DNA from: a virus | IMG/VR virus record: IMGVR_UViG_3300042376_000850 | Length of the DNA: 35,444 bases | Strand: one strand, 5' to 3' | Part shown: in pieces, positions 1 through 5,795 of the stretch | Layout of the letters: each line of letters starts with the position of its first letter | Numbering within the stretch: position 1 is the stretch's first letter | Made by a program: the position numbers and the translations under genes | Notes under the pieces: model-generated | Databases searched by the model: none | The model's input: only the letters and a program-made list of their open reading frames with translations | Told to the model about the DNA's origin: nothing

Positions 1-127
1 ATATCCGGCTTTTTGTGCTTCGCGCTTTATGCCAGCAATTGCCGTTTCTGTAATCGGGGCTTTTTTTGCTTTTCTGAGCGTCATGAAGTCATGCGCTATT
101 TTTTCGTCAATGCCGGCAAGCAAGTCC
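1..127. repeat. 127-nt sequence identical to the window end (35318..35444); circular-assembly overlap or terminal redundancy
   Basis: Direct comparison: nt 1-127 (atatccggct...gcaagcaagtcc) recur exactly at 35318-35444. Confidence 0.95.
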
Positions 128-555
128 AAAATATTGAGTGAAGCGTTATTATTGACGGTTCCTTTACGGTTCTTTGATGGTTCTATTACGGTTAGGGTGA
201 ACGTCGTTCGGGGGTGGGGTGAACCACGTTCGGGGGTAGGGTGAACGTCGTTCGGGGGTGGGGTGAACAACGTTCGGGGGTGCATCTCGTGCGGGGGTGA
301 ATATTGTTCGGGGGTTAGTGTGTACTTCGTTGACCTTCCGGTGCTCATTTCGCGGGTTAATGCTTTATGCTTTTCAAGCCATAAAATAGCTTTTTGAACG
401 GCTCTATCAGATGCACAAACGCGCTCACATATTGTGGCTATTGACGGCCAGCATGTACCGTGGTCGTTAGCATTATCAGCAAGGGAAATATAAACAGACT
501 TTGCCACTTGGGGCATTTGAAGCGGCCAAATAACGGCCATAATTCTAGTACTCAT
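1..555 (-). CDS. Replication initiator (lambda O-like), N-terminal 185 codons. The gene continues across the circular junction and ends at 35165, giving a joined product of 235 aa
   Basis: ATG at 555 is preceded by GAGGA. The frame is open to the window edge and in frame with ORF 35165..35440 (555 to 123 = 432 nt, and position 123 equals 35440). The N-terminus MPQVAKSVYISLADNANDHGTCWPSIATICERV...RAVQKAILWLEKHKAL looks like the wHTH of phage initiators. Iterons lie inside the ORF, as in lambda O. The ORF track misses this gene because it is cut by the window edge. Confidence 0.75.
   Translation of the reverse strand, partial: MSTRIMAVIWPLQMPQVAKSVYISLADNANDHGTCWPSIATICERVCASDRAVQKAILWLEKHKALTREMSTGRSTKYTLTPEQYSPPHEMHPRTLFTPPPNDVHPTPERGSPHPRTTFTLTVIEPSKNRKGTVNNNASLNILDLLAGIDEKIAHDFMTLRKAKKAPITETAIAGIKREAQKAGY
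155..198. repeat. Four 11-bp phased repeats, A(C/T)GGTTC + T-rich, next to the iterons; candidate DNA-unwinding or accessory-factor region of the origin
   Basis: ACGGTTCCTTT / ACGGTTCTTTG / ATGGTTCTATT / ACGGTTAGGGT begin at 155, 166, 177 and 188, an exact 11-bp period. Confidence 0.6.
195..315. promoter_or_regulatory. Origin iterons: four near-perfect and two degenerate 22-bp-period direct repeats, GGGTGAAC-NN-CGTTCGGGGGT
   Basis: Copies at 195-215, 217-237, 239-259 and 261-281; degenerate copies at 283-298 and 299-315. They lie inside the initiator ORF and are read there as a Pro-rich linker. Confidence 0.75.
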
Positions 556-556
556 A

Positions 557-654
557 CTGTCCTCATTAGTGACCAGCCCAAGTGTGGAAATTACCGGGCT
601 GGCGCACTTTTCAAGTGAAAAACGGCATCTTGAGCCAGTCGCTAATGAGGACAG
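557..654 (-). promoter_or_regulatory. Structured leader of the initiator gene; a 13-bp perfect inverted repeat sequesters the Shine-Dalgarno sequence
   Basis: Plus-strand 557-569 ctgtcctcattag is the exact reverse complement of 642-654 ctaatgaggacag. The copy next to the start codon contains the GAGGA RBS one nt before the ATG at 555. Inner hairpins lie at 574-601 (7 bp) and 605-617 (5 bp). Confidence 0.5.
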
Positions 655-689
655 CTAGATACCAACCTTTTACGCTTTCCACGGCGCAA

Positions 690-1001
690 TTAGATTTTAT
701 ACGACTTTTTCAAAAACTCAATACCTGCTTTGGTAATCGCCCACACTCGTGACGGTCGCCCTTTTTTGCTCAACCTTGTCTCAGTCGTAACTCTGACAAG
801 TTTTGTCATCTCTGGCAGTCGTCTGCTAATCTGGTACTTGTCCAAACAGCAATTCACTGCTATTTCGTCAGCTGTGCCGCCTTGCATGTCGACTAATGCC
901 AGCAAAATAGCGCGGTAGTGACAGGGCGCAAAGTTTGCCGCATTCTCGCCAGCATCCTTACTTGTCTCTGGGTCTGTCTTTCTTGCTCTCATTGTCATCA
1001 C
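690..1001 (-). CDS. Winged-helix (MarR-like) DNA-binding protein
   Basis: 103-aa ORF. Pattern DPETSKDAG...HYRAILLAL...GTADEIA...ISRRLPEMTKLVRV...GRPSRVWAIT is typical of small phage wHTH proteins. Confidence 0.55.
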   Translation of the reverse strand: MMTMRARKTDPETSKDAGENAANFAPCHYRAILLALVDMQGGTADEIAVNCCLDKYQISRRLPEMTKLVRVTTETRLSKKGRPSRVWAITKAGIEFLKKSYKI

Positions 1002-1224
1002 CTATGAAGTAATCACATCCATTAGCAGGAATCAAAAACGCTTCAAAATCACGAACTAATTGATAGCCAACAGGCCGCCAAGGTGAAGTAAATCGTGCAC
1101 ATTTATGTCGCTGTTCGCATTTTTTGGCTTCGCAACGCGCCATGTCATAAGGTAGTGTCATATTGTCTTCCTGCAAATCGCTGTTGATTTTTTTCGGTGT
1201 GCGAATTAGTATGAAGCAAGTCAT
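958..1224 (-). CDS. Small Cys-rich hypothetical protein; the start is either 1224 (ATGA-coupled) or 1161 (AGGAAG RBS)
   Basis: ORF with the motif MARCEAKKCEQRHKCARF, a CxxxxCxxxxC pattern common in small phage proteins. Confidence 0.5.
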   Translation of the reverse strand: MTCFILIRTPKKINSDLQEDNMTLPYDMARCEAKKCEQRHKCARFTSPWRPVGYQLVRDFEAFLIPANGCDYFIGDDNESKKDRPRDK

Positions 1225-1532
1225 ATTTCACCCTTACACGGCCAAGCCGCGCTAAACACCACAATTGCAATAACATAGCCGTCCATGTGTCGGTATGTTG
1301 CGTTTGTTTTGAGGTAGTTTTGTACTAAGTCACGAGCTTGGCCAAAAGTCACCCCGTCTGGTGAACAATGGGCAGTACCTCGCGTAAATTGGAAAATGCT
1401 TGTTATGTATCCTAGCGCATACAAACGAAGCATATATTCACTGCTTTGCATGTTGTCCAGCAGTGTATTTCCTGTTACCTGTGCGCTTGCGGTAGAAGCG
1501 GTAAACAGTAGGGCGGTTAGTAGTTTTTTCAT
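1221..1532 (-). CDS. Secreted Rap1a/Tai4-like protein (fold of T6SS amidase-effector immunity proteins)
   Basis: Sec signal MKKLLTALLFTASTASAQ. Pattern TGNTLL...LGYITS...HCSPDGVTFGQARDLVQNYLKTN..YRH....V..V.FSAAWPC matches my recollection of the Rap1a family. Confidence 0.55.
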   Translation of the reverse strand: MKKLLTALLFTASTASAQVTGNTLLDNMQSSEYMLRLYALGYITSIFQFTRGTAHCSPDGVTFGQARDLVQNYLKTNATYRHMDGYVIAIVVFSAAWPCKGEI

Positions 1533-1533
1533 T

Positions 1534-1713
1534 TTACTTTTCCTTTATGGTCTCAATGAGAAGCCTAATGCCATTTGTGCTGTCATGCGGTCGTTTGCCG
1601 TTTTCTCGCAGAAACCGTCTGCCTTTTTCGTCAATCCATAACTTGCCAGCTTGACGTAAATTTATTTTTTTCTGCTCCCAAAGTCGCTGTAGTATTCCTT
1701 CGTGAGTAAACAT
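1534..1713 (-). CDS. Hypothetical 59-aa basic protein, below the ORF-track cutoff
   Basis: Hand translation gives MFTHEGILQRLWEQKKINLRQAGKLWIDEKGRRFLRENGKRPHDSTNGIRLLIETIKEK. The TAATG overlap with the upstream stop fills the gap exactly. Confidence 0.45.
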   Translation of the reverse strand: MFTHEGILQRLWEQKKINLRQAGKLWIDEKGRRFLRENGKRPHDSTNGIRLLIETIKEK

Positions 1714-2000
1714 TAAATCACCTTTATCAGTTCACGTTCAAAAAGTTGCCCTATGGTCTTGCGGTGTGCTTCTTCCCATAAATACTGCCTCTGGTGCTTG
1801 GTTAGTGCCTTGCCTTGGTCAAGTTCAGCATGGCACTTAAAACACAAAGCCGCCACCCTGTAATCATGCGCTTTTATCCCCCTTCCTTTTCCGTCTCTGA
1901 GTTGGTTCGAGTGTGCCGCTACAACAGTGCCATCCTCAGCGCCGCAGCGTTGGCAGGGCATTTCACGGCAGGCCTCAAGTAGTTTCTTGTTGCGGTACAT
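1713..2000 (-). CDS. DUF1364/YbcO-like zinc-binding nin-region protein (putative nuclease)
   Basis: CQRCG...VVAAHSN..RDGKGRGIKAHDYRVAALCFKCHAELD matches the DUF1364 pattern. Lies next to ninB. Confidence 0.6.
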   Translation of the reverse strand: MYRNKKLLEACREMPCQRCGAEDGTVVAAHSNQLRDGKGRGIKAHDYRVAALCFKCHAELDQGKALTKHQRQYLWEEAHRKTIGQLFERELIKVI

Positions 2001-2358
2001 TCTGTGCCTTCCATGCTTTTATGTATTCAATCAAGTCGGACATCTGCGACTTGCTTAGAGTGCTGGTGCGTTGATAAATCACGTCCATACCCTGACCATC
2101 TACCGCCTGCACATACAAAACACCGCCTTGTTGAGTAGCACGCATCCATGCCGAAGTCAGTAAACGCTTCCATTGCTCAACGTCTAAGGTCAGGCCGCAC
2201 CACTTGCGCCCGACAAGTTCCTGCAATTCAGCGTGAAGCAATGCGTTTTGCTCAAGGTTGCGGGTCGGTTCCGTCACCTTCACCACCCAACCATCAGGCG
2301 CTTGCCTGATAGCTTGAATGGCGTTTTCTCGTGCGGCTTGGTGAACTAGCCTGAACAT
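1975..2358 (-). CDS. ninB: NinB/Orf recombination mediator
   Basis: AARENAIQAIRQAPDGWVVKVTEPTRNLEQNALLHA...EQWKRLLTSAW...QRTSTLSKSQMSDLIEYIKAW aligns by eye with lambda NinB. The start is taken at ATG 2358, which overlaps the erf stop; the track start at 2361 is GTG. Confidence 0.85.
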   Translation of the reverse strand: MFRLVHQAARENAIQAIRQAPDGWVVKVTEPTRNLEQNALLHAELQELVGRKWCGLTLDVEQWKRLLTSAWMRATQQGGVLYVQAVDGQGMDVIYQRTSTLSKSQMSDLIEYIKAWKAQNVPQQETT

Positions 2359-3062
2359 CACGGCACTAGCTCCGTGGCTATGGTTTTAGCTTGGCCAATC
2401 TTTTTAATAGCCGTCCGTTTTTGGCTGCTTACCTTTGACCACAGCGCGGCCTGTTGTTCGGTGTCTAGCGTTTGCTTGGCTTTGGTGTAAGCGTCGAATG
2501 CGCCTTGGTCGTCAGCCTTTTCAATTTCCATCGCAAAATCCAGAATCAGGGCGCGTTCCTGTTCGTCGCACTTGTCTAGGTAATCTTGGCCAGCTACGTT
2601 AGCGGGTATTTGCATAGGCTTTTTTTCAGCAGGTTTCGGCTTGCTTGCAGCGTTGCCATCGTCATCCTCTGGCGCAATGCCACACACTGCCATCAGGCTA
2701 TAACGTCGCGCATACGTTAAAGCCGATCCGTACCCTTGCGGGTCTTGTTTGCTTGCCGGAACTCGAAAAATCCCGCCGCTGATCTGCTCACCAGACTCGT
2801 GCATCAGTATTGTTTCCACCGCCACGCCAGATTCGCACTCGTGCGTTTTTTGCATCAGGGCAAACCCGTTTTTGTGCAGGCTGTCGATTACAGCTTCGAC
2901 GCAAGCGCTCAGGTCAGCGTATCGGCTGCGAAAGTGTGGGTTAGTGCTGGTTTTAAGTGCTGCGCCAAATCCAGCTTGGGCGCGTACAAATGCGGCTGAT
3001 GCTTTCATGCTTAAATACTCCTGTTCTCGTTGTACTGTTTCATAGTGCTGTTGTTGACTCAT
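2358..3062 (-). CDS. erf: ERF-family single-strand annealing protein
   Basis: NPHFRSRYADLSACVEAV...ILMHESGEQI...QGYGSALTYARRYSLMAVCGIAPEDDDGN is the ERF signature. The start is taken at ATG 3062 (AGGAGG RBS), not the upstream track start at 3158. Confidence 0.85.
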   Translation of the reverse strand: MSQQQHYETVQREQEYLSMKASAAFVRAQAGFGAALKTSTNPHFRSRYADLSACVEAVIDSLHKNGFALMQKTHECESGVAVETILMHESGEQISGGIFRVPASKQDPQGYGSALTYARRYSLMAVCGIAPEDDDGNAASKPKPAEKKPMQIPANVAGQDYLDKCDEQERALILDFAMEIEKADDQGAFDAYTKAKQTLDTEQQAALWSKVSSQKRTAIKKIGQAKTIATELVP

Positions 3063-3072
3063 ACATCCTCCT

Positions 3073-3306
3073 TTATTTAGGTAGCGGCATCCAATGGGTA
3101 GGTTTTTCGTAAGTGGAATGCCAACTAGAATCCCAATAAGCGTAAGCCCAATAACCATCCCAGTAATCGGTCATAAACTTAGCAACCACAGGGCGGTCGT
3201 CCCCGTCAATTTTTTCCCAAAAAGTAGATTCTTGTGTATTTCCCCCTTTTAAGAGAACCCACGTGCCATCTTTTGGTGCTGTTTTTATAGGCCGCCATTC
3301 GCTCAT
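3073..3306 (-). CDS. Small W-x-PI-x-TAPK ... WMPLP protein, paralog of 33741..33977
   Basis: MSEWRPIKTAPKDGTWVLL...HWMPLPK. This is the first ORF after promoter P1. Confidence 0.6.
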   Translation of the reverse strand: MSEWRPIKTAPKDGTWVLLKGGNTQESTFWEKIDGDDRPVVAKFMTDYWDGYWAYAYWDSSWHSTYEKPTHWMPLPK

Positions 3307-3324
3307 AAACCCCCCTTATTTATT

Positions 3325-3352
3325 ATTATACACACTTAATAAAACAAGTCAA
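3325..3352 (-). promoter_or_regulatory. Sigma70-type promoter P1 (TTGACT-16-TATAAT) containing the shared 15-mer
   Basis: Minus strand reads TTGACTtgttttaTTAAGTGTGTATAAT, 18 nt upstream of the ATG at 3306. Confidence 0.65.
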
Positions 3353-3501
3353 CTGTTTTTAATCAGTGAAAGTTTGAAACGCATCACACTCAACTGTGTG
3401 TCAATAATTCGCTTTTGTTTTTCCAGTTCTTTAATCGTAAATTCGAGCGTTTCCTGTTCGGTCGGGTTAAAAAATCTGTTCCATAAGGTTGCTAAATTCA
3501 T
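3349..3501 (-). CDS. Hypothetical 50-aa coiled-coil protein, below the track cutoff
   Basis: ATGA overlap with the upstream stop. Sequence MNLATLWNRFFNPTEQETLEFTIKELEKQKRIIDTQLSVMRFKLSLIKNS. Its stop lies inside the P1 -35 box. Confidence 0.45.
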   Translation of the reverse strand: MNLATLWNRFFNPTEQETLEFTIKELEKQKRIIDTQLSVMRFKLSLIKNS

Positions 3502-3746
3502 TTTTCATACCCTTCCATCATCAAGTCAGCACATTCATGTAAAGCATCGAAAGCAAGTGGGCTTCGTCCGTTTGCTTCTGCTCTACATAACTCCGCACAC
3601 TCTTTGCGTACTTTGGCTGAAACCAAATTTGCAAACCACTCATCACGCACGTCATGCCAGTCTGGGTGAAACTCGCCCCAGCCGAGCTTGTTGTCAGCGT
3701 ATTTGTCAGCCGCTTCGCCCATGCTAATAATGTCGTCTTTAGTCAT
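3498..3746 (-). CDS. Small protein of the MTKDDIISM / ..RFA.L..AKVRKECA family; distal paralog of 30205..31161
   Basis: 82-aa ORF. The first 27 nt are identical to those of 30462..30704 and 30205..30465. A 24-nt block (3595-3618) is identical to 30541-30564. Confidence 0.65.
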   Translation of the reverse strand: MTKDDIISMGEAADKYADNKLGWGEFHPDWHDVRDEWFANLVSAKVRKECAELCRAEANGRSPLAFDALHECADLMMEGYEK

Positions 3747-3878
3747 TTATGCCCCCAATGCGTTAAAAATAGCCTGCACTTGCTCATACGTCAGGCCGAA
3801 AGAAAGAATCATCAGCGCCGCAAAACTTACGCCAGCCAGCCCCCAGGTTATGCACTCCATTACAATACGTCCTATCAT
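3747..3878 (-). CDS. Hypothetical 43-aa single-pass membrane protein
   Basis: ATGA overlap. Sequence MIGRIVMECITWGLAGVSFAALMILSFGLTYEQVQAIFNALGA fills the gap exactly. Confidence 0.45.
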   Translation of the reverse strand: MIGRIVMECITWGLAGVSFAALMILSFGLTYEQVQAIFNALGA

Positions 3879-4150
3879 TTATCACCCCTTGCTTTAGCGA
3901 TTGCGGAATCGCTGCGATCTAGGCTTGCTTGCGGTAACGGGTGGTTGTACGCGGCGCAAAGTTCACGAACTATTGCCGCAAGCTCGATATTGCACTCGTA
4001 ATTGTCAGGCGCGGCTACTACTAGTTTGGCATCGGCTAAAACTTCCGGTAATCTTTTGTCATCGTGAAATATGACCTCATTGTTTGCGCTACGCACAGTC
4101 ACATGAGTAGGCGTTTCGGTCAAAATCCACGGCGTTGGTGAATGTTTCAT
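3875..4150 (-). CDS. Hypothetical protein with an SPTPW N-terminal motif
   Basis: 91-aa ORF with ATGA coupling at both ends. Confidence 0.55.
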   Translation of the reverse strand: MKHSPTPWILTETPTHVTVRSANNEVIFHDDKRLPEVLADAKLVVAAPDNYECNIELAAIVRELCAAYNHPLPQASLDRSDSAIAKARGDK

Positions 4151-4326
4151 TTCTTACCCTCCAGCTCTTCTAATCTTTCACGCAAACAGTCTGTTAAATA
4201 CGGGTAACTTGTGCCAGCGCTACCGTCTAAAATGACAGAGACAAGCGTTTCTATGCTGTAATTGCCGAAGCCAGCAATTTCAATTCTCTCGTCTTTGAAA
4301 ATTACTGCGTATTTGAATATGCTCAT
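4147..4326 (-). CDS. Hypothetical 59-aa protein
   Basis: The start is taken at ATG 4326 (ATGA overlap). It shares a 20-nt block (1 mismatch) encoding AVIFKD with 33507..33737. Confidence 0.5.
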   Translation of the reverse strand: MSIFKYAVIFKDERIEIAGFGNYSIETLVSVILDGSAGTSYPYLTDCLRERLEELEGKK

Positions 4327-4568
4327 TCTGCCCACCCGTTCCATGCGTGTACACGCTCTTGTTCAGCTTCTATTTTTGGTTGCCAGTATCCATAAACTAA
4401 CGCCTCAAGCGCCGCCGCGACATTCTCCGCGCCAGTGCCGTTGTTGTGGTACTGTTTCATTGCTTTAAGTAAACGCTCGGCTATTGCCTTGCGCTCTTGT
4501 GTCATCTGGTCTAAAAAAATCATCTCGCCAGTGGCTTCTGCAACATTGTGTCCGGTGTATGGGTTCAT
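4323..4568 (-). CDS. Hypothetical protein; first gene after promoter P2
   Basis: 81-aa ORF with a GGAG RBS, about 25 nt downstream of the P2 -10 box. Confidence 0.6.
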   Translation of the reverse strand: MNPYTGHNVAEATGEMIFLDQMTQERKAIAERLLKAMKQYHNNGTGAENVAAALEALVYGYWQPKIEAEQERVHAWNGWAE

Positions 4569-4592
4569 CTAAATCTCCAGTCGATGAATAGA

Positions 4593-4620
4593 ATTATACA
4601 CACTTAAATAAGCAATGCAA
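4593..4620 (-). promoter_or_regulatory. Sigma70-type promoter P2 (TTGCAT-16-TATAAT) containing the shared 15-mer
   Basis: Minus strand reads TTGCATtgcttatTTAAGTGTGTATAAT. It lies directly downstream of the terminator at 4642-4666. Confidence 0.65.
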
Positions 4621-4641
4621 GCCCCTTTATTCCATCATGTG

Positions 4642-4666
4642 AAAAAAAACCCGGCACTAGGCCGGG
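4642..4666 (-). terminator. Rho-independent terminator ending the late/lysis transcript
   Basis: Minus strand has CCCGGC-ctagt-GCCGGG followed by eight T residues. Confidence 0.8.
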
Positions 4667-4702
4667 TGAGTTGTCGTTTTAACGACTAGGAGTGAAAAAA
4701 CT

Positions 4703-4843
4703 TTATTTCTGCTCTTTTTGTTCTATTTTTTTGGCAATGTACTCAGCGAATAATAAGCATGACGTGTAGGTAACGTACTCTTTTTTTTCTGAGTCACACC
4801 ACTCAAAAAAATGCTCTGCTTCTTGCTTAATAAATTCTCTCAT
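4703..4843 (-). CDS. Hypothetical 46-aa protein (AT-rich); last ORF before the terminator
   Basis: ATGA overlap with the holin-like gene stop. Sequence MREFIKQEAEHFFEWCDSEKKEYVTYTSCLLFAEYIAKKIEQKEQK. Confidence 0.35.
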   Translation of the reverse strand: MREFIKQEAEHFFEWCDSEKKEYVTYTSCLLFAEYIAKKIEQKEQK

Positions 4844-5376
4844 TTTGATTGACCTCTACTGACAAACCAATACCCTAGCACAGCACTGGCCTGTCCGGTC
4901 AGCCACGCGAAAGCCTGCATGGCCGCGTCATATCGTTGGTCTATGCTCAGGGTGTCCCATCCAGCCCCTAAGCGTTCGACTAATAGCCAGTTCAAGTATA
5001 ACGCCATGCCTACCAATAACAATGTCAGGCTTGGCCGTATCAAGCGCCTGAAAGCATCCGTGAGTATCAGCAGCCATGCCCAACCGCCAGCGTTCTTAAC
5101 CGTCTCAGCGTCCAAGTTATCGGCTTGGTGCGCTTGTCCTATGGCGGTCATTCTGGCCGATTCTATGCTGCCCTCTGCCTCAGCAACGGCCACCTGTAAC
5201 CTGCCCTCGGCTTCGACTTTGGCCAGCTCTCTATCTTCTTTTCTCAGCTCCAGCTCGTGGGCTTGGTCAAGTCGTCTGATCTCAATGTCGGCTTTTTTGT
5301 TCAGAAAAGCGAATACGCCGCCGATCAAACTACCAACAGTGCTCGACCCTAAAATCGCTAAAATGGCGCTTAACAT
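4840..5376 (-). CDS. Holin-like membrane protein; its architecture resembles GTA-type 3-TM holins
   Basis: N-terminal TM segment (ILAILGSSTVGSLIGGVFAFL), a charged coiled coil, then two or more C-terminal TM segments. Lies in the lysis cassette. Confidence 0.45.
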   Translation of the reverse strand: MLSAILAILGSSTVGSLIGGVFAFLNKKADIEIRRLDQAHELELRKEDRELAKVEAEGRLQVAVAEAEGSIESARMTAIGQAHQADNLDAETVKNAGGWAWLLILTDAFRRLIRPSLTLLLVGMALYLNWLLVERLGAGWDTLSIDQRYDAAMQAFAWLTGQASAVLGYWFVSRGQSK

Positions 5377-5795
5377 GTCACCTCCAAAGTAAACGTCTTA
5401 CCGCCTGCCCAGTCCATCATCTTTCTAAGTGCAGGCCGTGAAACAAGCCCGGCGCGTTGCATACGTCCGCCCGGTATCTTAATTGCGCCTAGTTTTTCGC
5501 ATGGTGAAATGCATCCATGCAGTTGAGTTATCCAGCCAGCGGTTATATCCCCGGCTAGGTTTGCAGCGTGTATCAGTATATGACTACGACCGGGCACATT
5601 CTGCACCTTATAAACTCGCCCGAATCGTGGGCTATTGACTAGGGCACACTGGTAAACGCCTAGGGGTATGCAGCTTGCTTGTCGTTGGTTGTCGCGCCAA
5701 GGTAATTCGACGGTATGAACAACATTACCGCCAAAATGCAAACGGCTAAAAGTTCCTTGGTCTGTGCTGCTTCCACGTTTAAGCGTAACAATCAT
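5370..5795 (-). CDS. DUF5675-like protein; candidate cell-wall-acting enzyme
   Basis: TDQGTFSRL......TVELPWRDNQRQASCIPLGVYQC...RFGRVYKVQNVPGRSHILIHAANL.....GCISP matches the DUF5675 pattern. Confidence 0.55.
   Translation of the reverse strand: MIVTLKRGSSTDQGTFSRLHFGGNVVHTVELPWRDNQRQASCIPLGVYQCALVNSPRFGRVYKVQNVPGRSHILIHAANLAGDITAGWITQLHGCISPCEKLGAIKIPGGRMQRAGLVSRPALRKMMDWAGGKTFTLEVTC

Noticed and set aside
1-127. Terminal 127-nt direct repeats considered as LTR, IS ends or a genuine short DTR
   Set aside because: No transposase or integrase is present. The repeat cuts through an ORF that is restored perfectly by circularisation, and its length equals a common maximal assembler k-mer. A true DTR cannot be fully excluded without read data.
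29-244. Plus-strand 71-aa ORF at the left edge ending in VRGWGEPRSGVG
   Set aside because: It lies antisense to the initiator gene. Its Gly/Val/Arg tail is only the iteron array read in another frame, and it has no RBS.
195-315. Regular 22-bp repeat array considered as a CRISPR array
   Set aside because: The repeats are contiguous with no spacers, are only 21-22 nt long, and lie inside a replication-initiator ORF with no cas genes nearby. Origin iterons explain them.
2358-3158. 266-aa version of the Erf ORF with a hydrophobic N-terminal extension
   Set aside because: The extension overlaps the upstream gene 3073..3306. The internal ATG at 3062 has an AGGAGG RBS and begins where ERF homology is expected.
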